From the NCBI GenBank assembly GCA_050613775.1, contig JBODTK010000155.1, positions 1 to 64,000 on the forward strand: a stretch of DNA of 64,000 bases, in the 5' to 3' direction. Of the stretch, positions 1-17,729 are shown one piece after another. The DNA is from Neocallimastix sp. 'constans'. Lineage: Eukaryota. Under the pieces are notes generated by a model that worked only from the letters and a program-made list of their open reading frames with translations, made no database searches and was not told where the DNA came from. Made by a program: the position numbers and the translations under genes. Position 1 is the first letter of the stretch; every line of letters begins with the position of its first letter.

Positions 1-340
1 TTTTATTTTATTTTATTTTATTTTATTTTATTTTATTTTATTTTATTTTATTTTATTTTATTTTATTTTATTTTATTTTATTTTATTTTATTTTATTTTA
101 TTTTATTTTATTTTATTTTATTTTATTTTATTTTATTTTATTTTATTTTATTTTATTTTATTTTATTTTATTTTATTTTATTTTATTTTATTTTATTTTA
201 TTTTATTTTATTTTATTTTATTTTATTTTATTTTATTTTATTTTATTTTATTTTATTTTATTTTATTTTATTTTATTTTATTTTATTTTATTTTATTTTA
301 TTTTATTTTATTTTAAATTATTTTATTTTATTTTATTTTA
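1..340. repeat. (TTTTA)n pentanucleotide microsatellite, probably within a SEC5 intron
   Basis: Near-perfect TTTTA repeats from the window start to ~340. Confidence 0.95.
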
Positions 341-407
341 AATAAATTTATTTAATTAATAATTATAATAATTAATAATAGTAAATTAATTGTTAAATTA
401 TATATAG

Positions 408-4486
<4,079 letters not shown>

Positions 4487-4679
4487 ATAAAAAAAAATTT
4501 TTATACTTCTTTATTTATTACTATATAAATTATTAAATATGTATTTGATAAATGAAATTAGAAATTGAATGCATATATACATAAATAAATTAATAAATAA
4601 ATTAAATAAATCATTAAAATAAAATAATATTTTAATGATGTATTATTATTAAATAAAAAATAATGATTTAATAAAATAA

Positions 4680-5557
4680 ATAAATAGTGAAGTAATTTAA
4701 AAGATTAAAGTACTAATAAAAATAAAATAAAATAAAATAAAATAGATAGTGAAGTAATATAAAAGAGTAAAGTATTAATAAAAATAAAATAAAATAAAAT
4801 AGATAGTGAAGTAATATAAAAGAGTAAAATATTAATAAAAATAAAATAAAATAAAATAAAATAAAATAAATAGTAGAATATTGAATATAAGTACAGATTG
4901 AATAAAATAAAATAAAATAAAATAAAATAAAATAAAATAAAATAAAATAAAATAAAATAAAATAAAATAAAATAAAATAAATAGTAGAATATTGAATATA
5001 AGTACAGATTGAATAAAATAAAATAAAATAAAATAAAATAAAATAAAATAAAATAAATAGTAGAATATTGAATATAAGTACAGATTGAATAAAATAAAAT
5101 AAAATAAAATAAAATAAAATAAAATAAAATAAATAGTAGAATATTGAATATAAGTACAGATTGAATAAAATAAAATAAAATAAAATAAAATAAAATAAAA
5201 TAAAATAAATAGTAGAATATTGAATATAAGTACAGATTGAATAAAATAAAATAAAATAAAATAAAATAAATAGTAGAATATTGAATATAAGTACAGATTG
5301 AATAAAATAAAATAAAATAAAATAAAATAAAATAAAATAAATAGTAGAATATTGAATATAAGTACAGATTGAATAAAATAAAATAAAATAAAATAAAATA
5401 AAATAAATATTAGAATATTGAATATAGGTACATATTGAATAAAATAAAATAAAATAAAATAAATAGTAGAATATTGAATATAAGTACATATTGAATAAAA
5501 TAAAATAAAATAAAATAAATAGTAGAATATTGAATATAAGTACACATTGAATAAAAA
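4680..5557 (-). repeat. Compound array: 10 copies of a ~35-bp unit (minus strand ATTCAATCTGTACTTATATTCAATATTCTACTATT) plus 3 copies of a second unit type, separated by variable (TTTTA)n
   Basis: Plus-strand AATAGTAGAATATTGAATATAAGTACAGATTGAAT recurs from ~4868 to 5552. ATAGTGAAGTAAT units lie at ~4683-4830. Confidence 0.9.
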
Positions 5558-6060
5558 TCCTCTTTTGTCACTGATTCTCCATATTTCATTTTGTACTCAT
5601 ATGGTGCAATTAAATCACTTGTACTTTCTGTTCCACTAACTATGGGAACTTTTGGAGTATGATCTATATCGACCCATTCTTCGAGATCATAGTATTGCAA
5701 GATACCTCTCATGAATAGTTGCCAGGTTATGATGTTATTACTGTCTAATTCATATATAACTTTTCCTATTAGGACAGAGGGATCAAATCTCTTGATTTGA
5801 GGAATATTATTATCCATAGTAGTAATGGTACTAGAAGTAGCATTTTCTGTTGATCGTTTTAAAGTTTTTTACTCATTTTGAATTTGAGATATTTTAATTT
5901 TTTTTTTTTTTTATTTATTTATTTAAAAATTGAGATTGAATGATTTTTCAACGAAATAAAATTATGAGTCAATGAGACTCTTAATTTGTTAAAATTTAAT
6001 TTATTAATAAATAAAAAATAAAGAAAACAAACACTCGAACGTACAAAACTCAATTAAACA
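5553..6060 (-). mobile_element. 5' relic of a Ty1/copia LTR retrotransposon: LTR end, PBS and truncated gag N-terminus
   Basis: ORF 5817->5553 (ELDSNNIITWQLFMRGILQYYDLEEWV) resembles the copia gag N-terminal L..NY..W...M...L...L motif. The minus strand reads ...TTAACA|AATTAAGAGTCTCAT (LTR end at 5987, then PBS). The outer LTR boundary is uncertain. Confidence 0.65.
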
Positions 6061-6166
6061 ATTGGGTTTATGAAATAATAATTTTATTAATAAATATTAA
6101 AATAATATATCTACATTAAACAATGTAAATTTTTATAAGACTTAAAAATCAATAAATCAAGAAAAG

Positions 6167-6197
<31 letters not shown>

Positions 6198-6324
6198 GGT
6201 TTAAAATAAAATATTGATAATTACTAAATAGATACATTTTTCATTGATATTTGTACTACATATTATTTTTTTTTTTTTTTTTAATTTTAAATGTATTTAT
6301 TATTTCACATAAATACTATTACTA

Positions 6325-6560
6325 AGTGTGCTAGCACGTGACACGTTGGGTTAGGTTACTCTAGCCTCGCTTCTAGGGAGTTACCGAAAAAGCATTCCGA
6401 GAAAAACCGTGCTAGAAAATCTCAGCAATAATATGCATGGTTAGAGCACTAATGCTAAATAAACAGTAAGGCTGTCCAGTAAGGACTATATCCACAAAGT
6501 GTTGTGACTACTTTAATATTCCCTTATCTTGAAGGGGCATATGGCGGCATACACCGGAAA

Positions 6561-6599
<39 letters not shown>
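6325..6599 (+). other. GC-enriched, hairpin-rich non-coding island ending in a poly-A tract; possible retroposed element or structured RNA
   Basis: Sharp compositional contrast with the flanks, several inverted repeats, no long ORF, and an A-run at ~6564-6599. Confidence 0.45.
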
Positions 6600-6600
<1 letters not shown>

Positions 6601-7775
6601 ATTTAATGATGGTGTAAATTTATTTAATTTAATATATTTTATTTATCTGATAAGTTTTATATAGCTTATATAATAAATAAAAATTAATATCTCTTATTTT
6701 ATTACTTTAAAATAATAGATGATATAAAAATATATATATAAAAATGATATTTTAGAATCATTAAATACTTTAGATGAAGATATATTAGGATTAAATTCTA
6801 ATATTGATTTCATTGAAGATGAGAATACAATTTTTGTAGACATTAAACCAAATCTTTTACATGAATTAGCAACTCAAAAATAAAAAAGTATAGATTATGT
6901 TTATTTTCTTAATATTTATACAATAATAAAAAAAAAAAAAAATAAAAAATAAAAAATAAAATTACAAATATATATATTAATAAAATAAAAGAAGTTAGTT
7001 AATATAAAACAAATTATCAATCCTTAATTAAAAATCTTTTTTCAAATAATAAAACATTTTTGATTATAAAACTAAAAATTATATTATGTTTATATTATGT
7101 TTAGTTTATAATTTTGAATTATTGAATTTAAATTTAAAAATTTATAAATTAAGATTAAAGAATTATTTTTTTCTTTTTTTTAAAAAAAAATTAAATTTTG
7201 GTACCAATGAACGTTTCTTTTTTTATTTTTTTCTTTTTAATTAAAAATATAATTTTCAAATTTTTTATATGGGAAATTTTTATTTTTATTATTTTTATTT
7301 ATTATTTATTATATATTATTTTATTATTTTTTTAAATCTTTATATATTATAAAGTTCATCATTTTTTAATATTATATAGTCTAAAGTTTATATATAAAAA
7401 ATAAAAATAAAATTATGAAGATAATAAAAATTATGAAATATTTCATAAAAAATTTATATATACATATATAAAAAAAGCATAAAACATAAAATATAAAACA
7501 AACATAAAGAATAAAAATAAAAATGTAAAACATAAAACATAAATCATAAATCATAAAATATTAAACATTAAAATAAAAAATGTGAAATTTATAATAAGCA
7601 TAAATAATTTAAAAGATAAATTTTATTATGATTTATATATAATTAATATTTTAAGATAATAGTAATAAAATATTATATAAATTAAAGAGTTATTTTATTA
7701 TTATTAATTCACATGAAATATTGTATTATATAATCTTTAATAAAAAATATATATAAATATAAAATACTACAGAAA

Positions 7776-9685
7776 ATGAGTTCGGATTCTATTATTTCAA
7801 ATGTATCAATTCAACTTGAAAATTGGTTGGAAAAGCATTCTCGTTCATGTCCAAGAAGATGGCTAAAAAGATATTTTAGATTTAATGGTGAATATTTATC
7901 ATATAGTAAAAATGATTCAACAAAATCGTCTGAAAAATTCAAAATTAGTATTTCTGATATATCAGATGTAAAAATGATAGTAAATTCTGAAGGAAAAAAT
8001 GTATTATATATAATTATAAATCAATCAAAAGATGGAGAAAATTCAAATTCAAATTCAAATGAACTAGAAATATCCATGCCTAATCAACAAATATTAAAAA
8101 TATGGTATAATTCAATTAAAGAATGTATAGACAATAATTCAAAACTAAAAACATTAAAATCTTTATCAGGACGAAGTTTAAATAAGCCAAATTCATCACA
8201 TAATAATAATAATGATATTATTAGAAGTACTGAAGAAATACCTGTAAATCGTAATAAACCTTTACCCCAGCCTAATGTGTATAAAAAAAGTAATGTAATC
8301 AATTATTTATTGTTAATTAAATAAAAATAATTTAACCAATATTTTTCCTTTTCTATTTTGTTAATTAATTTTATATTTATTCTTTTAATAATATATTAAT
8401 ATTAGATTCAAATAAAGATTTAAATATGACAGATAGATCTTTACCAAATATAGTTAAAGAGAATATAAATAAAAGACCACAACAAGAAAAATCATCCGCA
8501 CTTAGCAAATTAGATGCATTACTTGGAGATCTTAAACATACTATTTCACTAAGTGAGTTAGAAAGAAAATCAATGCTAATTTTAAATAATTATGAAAGAA
8601 TTGGCTTGAGTCCATTGTCTAACACAATGGAATCAAGTCCATTAAAACAAAATTATAATATTGATAGTATTAATATGCAAAATAATGAAAAAGTTAATTC
8701 ATTGATGTCGAATAATAACAAAAATAATATTAAAGAATTGCAATATGAGAATGATAAAGAACTAAAAATATCGACTTTGCCACCGGAGGAAAAAACAAAC
8801 AGATCAAATGAAGAAATAAACGTTAACTCAAAATTTAATTATTCTGATCCTACAATTTCATTAAGCAAAAAATATGAAAATAGATTTGAAGATGATATAC
8901 CCAATAGGAAAAATACATTAGTTGATGATAGAGGATCATTATCAAGAGAAAATGATGAATTAATATCTGATATAAATAAAAAGATAAATTTTAATATGTA
9001 TAATGAGAGAGATGGAAGAAGTAATTCCTATGTTTATAATATGGCTGTTAATAATTATAATGAAAGTGAATATGGAAGTAGAAATAATAGTATAACATAT
9101 GACAGTTTTAATATAAATATTAATACAAAATCAAGTCATTCTTCTAATGTTATATGTACTCCTGTTATTAATAAACCAAAACAACGAGAAATATATGCCC
9201 AATTCCAAAGTTCGTTGAATTTATCATTAGATTTAGTTAACATTTTAATTCAAATTCTTTTCATATCAACAGATTCTGTGGATATTTATTTTACAGAATA
9301 TAAAGAAGTTATTTTAACTAAATCATCAGATTTAATTAATAAATCATCAAGTTTATTTAAGCAAATTAACGATGAAACACGACAAAATACTAATATTAGT
9401 ATTTCTGAAACAGTTTTTTTAACAAAAAATCAAAAAATGATTGAGTTAGCAAATAATTTAGCATCTATTATAAGAAAAGTTGTATCATCCTTAAAAATGT
9501 ATTTAAAAATTGTTAAAAAAGACCAATTAATTCAAACCAGTGAATTTGATATAAAATCAATGGTCAATTCAGAAATTGAATCTAACAAAAAATTAACAAT
9601 AAAAGAGCTAAAGCAATCAATGAATAATTTAAAAAATAATTTAACTTTAATTCAAAATGAATTTGAAAAAATTGAAATTAGTTAA
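7776..9685 (+). CDS. PH-domain protein with a C-terminal helical region. Exons 7776-8289 and 8406-9685
   Basis: N-terminal LENWLEKHSRSCPRRWLKRYFRFNGEYLSYSK...WYNSIKECI is a PH-fold signature. GT-AG intron 8290-8405 keeps the frame. Confidence 0.75.
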
Positions 9686-11108
9686 AATTATAATTATAAA
9701 TCTAGATTGCTAATATATATAAATTTTATGTAATATCAAATTTTATATAATAAAATTATATAAAATTTGATAAGTCTATTCTCTATTTTTTTTATTGTAC
9801 TATCATTTAAAAAACTATTATTATAATTAGTTAAAATTACTTAATATTTAGATCGTTAAAAAAAAAAAAAAAAATTTAAAAATAAAATAAAATAGATTAT
9901 AAATAATACATTTATAATAATATACAAATAAAATATATATATGGCATATAATAGAATAAAAGTTTTTAAAAATTTGCACTTAATTGAAAAAATTTATTAT
10001 ATACATATGTTGTATATTCTAATTTCTATTTTTTTTTTTTTTTTTTTGTTGTATATAAATATATATAAAAAAAACAATTTTTTATGTATTACTAATAAAA
10101 AGTTATTTGTATTATAACTTTATATTATATTAATATTAATATGCATTAATCTCAAAGTATTTGGCATATTATTTTAATTCGCTATATGGTCCTGAAGAAG
10201 CAATAAATTATACCAGATGAGAAGAGTTGTGAGTAATTACTGGTTTCTAATTGAAAATTAACTACCAGCTTTCTTTTTTCATTGTTTTATCCATTAAATA
10301 CTTTCATTCTAATTACCAACATTCTTACTTTTATTTATTTTCCACTAATTGCTTTCCTTCAACTTCCCACTTTTTTTACCATTGCTTTTTTCATTAATTG
10401 CTTGCTTCATAACTACTCAGTTTCTTGTTTTTATTAGCTTTTCACTTATGCATCTTTGCTTTCTAGAATCTTTATATTTAGTAATATATAATAAGTTTTG
10501 TTTTATTCAAATTTTCCAGTAATATAAAACTAAAGTGATATTTTAGGTTTTGATTAAGTTTCAACATTTTATTTTATATCACAAATTTTTTCAATATGCT
10601 CTAATCGAATGTTTAATTAATGGTTTTTTGTCATATTGTGCGTTGTATTACTTGTTTTTTCAATTTATAATTGTGAAATTGATGAATATTCTTCTTGTTT
10701 TTCAGTTCAAAAATTATTTTCCTTTATTTTTAATATTACTTTTCCTACTGAAGTTATATTTATTTATGTGATATATTAATATTTAATTACTCTTAAAATA
10801 TTATTAATAAATTTTTTAAAAAAAAAAGCAAATAAAAAATAAGCTTTTGTTAGTTTTCATTTCTTTTATATAACCAGTCTCTTAACGGAATTTCAAAAAT
10901 ACTTATTCTAATATAAAATATTGAATTTATTATTATTATTATTATTATTTTTGCTATTTTATATAAAAAAATAAAAAATCTAAAATATATTTATCTTTTA
11001 AATTGTCAAGTAAATATCTATTAGTATTTTTATTTTCATCATTTAAAAATTATGTTTTCCCTTTCATCTAAAAATTAAATATAAATTTTCAGAATTAACA
11101 AATATATA

Positions 11109-11395
11109 TTATGTAGAAGTGGAAATAGATGTAGTAGTAATATTTTTCTTTTCCTGTTTTTGTTTATGATTTTTATGTTTCATAAAATTTTCTGAGAAAT
11201 GGTCATTACCAGCCCTATGTTTTTTGTTGTATTTGTCTAATAAAATTTTCTTCATATATATTACAATAAACCAAGTATTTCATTTCCATTTTTATCTAAT
11301 TTTCTTGGTTACAATGGGTCTAGTTCATAAGTTTGAATGTCATGATTTATAGCTTCTTTTTGTGTTAATAGAATACAGTTCCATGGACTAATTAT
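11109..11395 (-). pseudogene. IQUB: Frameshifted C-terminal fragment of IQUB (IQ and ubiquitin-like domain protein, flagellar)
   Basis: The minus strand reads SPWNCILLTQKEAINH, then in another frame IYEENFIRQIQQKHRAGNDHF. Both match the IQUB C-terminal motif (WSPWNCILLT..EA..H ... Y...FI..I..KH.....F). There is an intervening stop/frameshift and no upstream exons are visible. Confidence 0.65.
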
Positions 11396-11849
11396 TAATA
11401 TCTTTTTCGTTTATTGCTTTTTTTGAATCATTATTTTTAGTTTTTTGGTCATTAATTAAATTACAATTTTCTGAACCATTCATTATTAAACTTAAATTAT
11501 TTTACTATTAATAGTTTTCGAAATTTATTTTAGTAAAAACCATATATTATTTATATGATTAATAAATTTTATTCGAATTTTTAATAATTTTTGTAAAAGT
11601 TTATAGTTTGTTTTAAATATATTTTTCATAAATTATTATCAAAATATGTAAAGTATACATACATTAAAACATATTTATTGAAGTGTCATGTGTACTTCAC
11701 GGAATTTAAATCATTCATCCGATTGGAAATTTAATATAAATCATTGAAATTAAATTATAATTTTAAAATCATATCTTATTCTTTTTATTTATTTTTAAGT
11801 ATTAGTATAATTTGATTTTTATATAATTTTTAAGCATAAAAAATTTAAA

Positions 11850-12311
11850 ATGAAAGATCCTACTAAGGAACCATGTCCATATAGAATTATAAATGATACT
11901 GGTAGTTCATTTGCTATGGGTGCAATTGGAGGGGGTATATTTAATGCATTTAAAGGATTTCACAATTCACCAAGAGGTCAAAAATTTACAGGTATGACTA
12001 CTGCAATTAAAACTAAAGCTCCTATTAGTGCAGGAAATTTTGCTGTGTGGGGTGGCCTTTTTGCAGGTGTGGATTGCACATTATCAACTATAAGAGGAAA
12101 GGAAGATTCATGGAATTCAATTTGGAGTGGTGCTATTACTGGTGGTCTTTTAGCAATGAGAAATGGACCAACTACGGCATGTGCTAGTGCTGTAATGGGT
12201 GGTGTACTTTTAGCTGTTATTGAAGGTGTAGGTCATGCTATTAATAATGCTAATTCTTCAATGTATAAACCACAACCAGCTACTATTCCGGAAGAAGATA
12301 AAACAAAATAA
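11850..12311 (+). CDS. TIM17: Mitochondrial/hydrogenosomal inner-membrane translocase subunit Tim17
   Basis: Intronless 153-aa ORF with EPCPYRIINDTGSSFAMGAIGGG, GNFAVWGGLF and IRGKEDSWNSIWSGAITGGLLAMRNG motifs. Confidence 0.92.
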   Translation: MKDPTKEPCPYRIINDTGSSFAMGAIGGGIFNAFKGFHNSPRGQKFTGMTTAIKTKAPISAGNFAVWGGLFAGVDCTLSTIRGKEDSWNSIWSGAITGGLLAMRNGPTTACASAVMGGVLLAVIEGVGHAINNANSSMYKPQPATIPEEDKTK

Positions 12312-12401
12312 TTTTTTTAAATAACAAAATTAATAAATTAATTATTTTTAATGATAATTGAATAAATTTAATAAATAAAATAACAAAACAAAACATACCT
12401 A

Positions 12402-12449
<48 letters not shown>

Positions 12450-13051
12450 CAAATTCATAATTTTTAAATAAGTTCATAAAAAAACAAGGAATATTAATTA
12501 GAAGAAAATAAAATGGAATAAAATTTAACATAATTATAAAATAAAAACAAAATTTAATATATATATAATTAAATAATATCAGTTACAATCTATTAAAAAA
12601 ATATATATATTTATATAAATTATTAATAAGTATTAGATTATTTTTTTATTATAGTTATATTTACAAAAACTATATAAATTTAAATAAATATATCAAACAT
12701 ATCAATTTAAATTTAAATAAATAATTTTAAAAAAAAATATTAATTATTTAATATTATATCTTTATTTTTATTTCAATTATTTTTTTTCATGAGTTCTTTT
12801 ACTCAAAATTTTTATTATTTATTCTTATAAAAATGTTTATTTTTTTATTTTATTTTATTTTTTTTTACTTTATTTTTTATTTTCTATTTTTAATATATAT
12901 ATATATTATTTTATTTTATTTTATTTTTTATTTTCAATAAATAATATAATAAAATTAATCTATTTCTTTTTCATTTTTAAATTATTTTATATTAGATAAT
13001 TAATTTAATTTATTTTTTGAATTGAAAATTTTATTCCTTTAATTATGCTAT

Positions 13052-14821
<1,770 letters not shown>

Positions 14822-16150
14822 TTTTTTATATATTTATATAATTTTATTTTTATATTTATTTTTTTTTCATTTAAAATATATTTAACTATTTTATATATAA
14901 AAAAAAAAAAAAAAGATTTATTATAAAAAAAAAATGTATTTTATAATTTTATTATTTGGAATATATATAATGATGGTTAACTTTAATAAAATTTAATATA
15001 GAACGAGGTTTAACTTTAATAAAATTTAATATAAAACACAGCAAATTTATCTTAAATTCACTCTTTAATGACATTATTACTTTATTATTTCCAATATTTT
15101 TATTATTAAATATAAAATATGATATAATATCAAAAATTATATTTATGTGTATTGAAATTATTTGTACAATTTATTCTTTTATTCGAACAATATCATCTAT
15201 AATACATTCCTTTATATATATATATATATATTTAAATTTTAATTTTATTTCATTATTACTTCAATTATTTATTTATTTTTAAATACTGCTTTTGTTAAAT
15301 TATTTAATTATTACTATATATAATATCGATTTGTTTATTTTTAATTATTACTAACTTATTTTTTTATAGTAATTTTGTCTTATATATATTATTCCATTAT
15401 TTTACAAATAATATATTTTATTCTATTGTCATAAATAATATCTTATTAATAATAATTATAAACTAATATATTTACATTGTAAAAGTTTTTTTTTTTTTTT
15501 AATGTATATCTTCTAAATTTATATTTAATTTTGTTTTAATAAGAAAAAATTCTTTTTTACTGTAATATTGATTTATAGATGTATAAAACTTACTACATTA
15601 ATTTTCAATAAAAAAAATGTACAATTAAAAATGTATCAACATTTGGTAAAATTTTATAAAGTCATTCTAACCTTAATTACTATTATTATTTTTTATATAT
15701 ATCTTTTTAAAAAATAATTAAAAAATAATTATATGAATAAATAATAAATAAATAATAAATAAATAATAAATAATAAAATATGAGAAAATATCTAAATATT
15801 ATGAATTTCGATTGATAATAAAAAAAATAGTAAAATAAAGAGATAATGTATAATTAATTTTTCTTTATATATTTTTTTAAATTAAATATTTCAACAATAT
15901 GTATCAGTTTTATATAAATACTATCAGCTAAAACTTTAAATATTAAATATTATTATTTATTTTATAATTAAATTAATAACATAATTTAATAACAAGATCT
16001 TTAATTTTTTTGAATATTTGATTGGGTAAATTAAAAACTTTCAATATTTTGAAATTGAATTTTTTTTTTTAAATAAAACTTTAATTTATTAATTATTATT
16101 GTATATAGTTTAAAAATGAGTTTTTAAGATGAAAAACTAATTTAAGCAAC

Positions 16151-16444
<294 letters not shown>

Positions 16445-16448
16445 AAGT

Positions 16449-17729
16449 CATAAAGAAATTAAGGAATGGGATACTAATGACATTGCTTCTTGTGTTATTG
16501 AATCTTTCTTATTAAGTTCGCAAATATTATTAAAAGCTAAAAGAAAGATTTTACATATGTTTGATGATAATTATGGTGAAATTTCATGCAATCGTTATGG
16601 TAGTCATTTAATTGATAAATGCTGGTCTGTTTCATATTTAAAAATGAAGGAAAGTATTGCGGAAGAATTACTAGATAGTGAAAGAGAATTAAATTCAAAT
16701 TTCCAAGGAAAGTGTGTGTTAAGAAATTGTAAAATTGATAATTTCAAAAGAAATAGACAAGAATAGATTGAACATGAACATGGTTTATAAAGAAAAAAAC
16801 AAATTGTTCGAAGAATTATTAAATGATTCTACTGATACCAAAATCCAAAATAAATCCTATAACAATAAAGAAGAAACTAATAAATACTAAAAGTACTGAT
16901 ATTCTTAATTCTGCTCTTTCTGCCCTTGGTTTTGATAGAGGTTTATCTCAAGTAACCTCAAAGATAAGAAAAATAAGAATAAAAAAAAAAAAGAAGAATG
17001 ATAATTTAAATATAAATATATATATATGATTATTAAAAAACTCAAATAAAAAAAATATAAAATATATATATATATTTTATGAATATAGATGGAATTGGAT
17101 GATGATAATCAAGCAGATAATATTAGAGTTAAAGAAGAAATAGTTAAAACAGATGAAATTGATCAGTTATTCAAGAAAAAGATGCAAATTCAAAAGAATG
17201 TAAATATTATTAAATGTTTAATGATAATTTTTATTATAAGTTATTAATATTTTATTTTATTTTATTTTAATAAATGCTTCAATCTTATATTATTTCACAA
17301 TTTATTTTATTTTATTTTATTTTATTTTTATTAATACTTTACATGATGTATATTACTTATTATTTATTATTTTTTATTAAATTTTAATTTAATTTATTTT
17401 ATTTAACGCAATTATATTTTGTTACTATAAAATAAAGGTTTTAAATAAAGCAAATAATAATGATGAAGAAAGTGATAAAAGTCATGAAAGTGGAGAAGAT
17501 GAAGAAGAAAAAGAAGAAGTAAAGGAGAAAATGGAAGAATAAGAAGAAGAGAAAAAGAAGAAAAAAGAAAAGTAAGAAAAAAAAGAAAGAAGCGAAAGAC
17601 TTGAATATGGTTCTTGAAGCCAATTCATCTACTAAGAAATCTAAAAAGAAGAAGCATTTAAATAAAAATGATAATGATGATACGGAAGGAAAATCAAAGA
17701 AAAAGAAAAATGGAAAGTTTATGAGTTAA
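16449..17729 (+). pseudogene. NOP9: 3' fragment of NOP9 (Pumilio-repeat nucleolar protein) with premature stops and frameshifts
   Basis: VIESFLLS..KAKRKILHMFDDNYGEISCNRYGSHLIDKCW..KESIAEEL..GKCVLRNCKIDNFKRNRQE* matches Nop9 C-terminal repeats. Stops at 16764-16766 and 16788-16790. A K/E-rich tail ends at 17729. No 5' exons are seen upstream. Confidence 0.7.

Noticed and set aside
4713..5545. Long hydrophobic ORFs (FILFY repeats), also at 17961-19618
   Set aside because: They are translations of (TTTTA)n arrays, not genes.
4860..5557. CRISPR-like repeat/spacer appearance
   Set aside because: The spacers are only microsatellite, there are no cas genes, and the context is eukaryotic.
6346..6358. 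Telomerase-RNA template-like CCTAACCC on the minus strand of the GC island
   Set aside because: It is only 8 nt, lies near the 3' end of the island on that strand, and no downstream pseudoknot is evident.
6740..6883. Short acidic reading frame (NDILESLNTLDEDILG...ELATQK*)
   Set aside because: It has no supported start or upstream exon and no recognisable family. It is possibly a relic exon.
11715..11730. CCAAT-box-like GATTGG upstream of TIM17 (also near 22955, 22985 and 33251)
   Set aside because: The motif is too short to support without TSS data.
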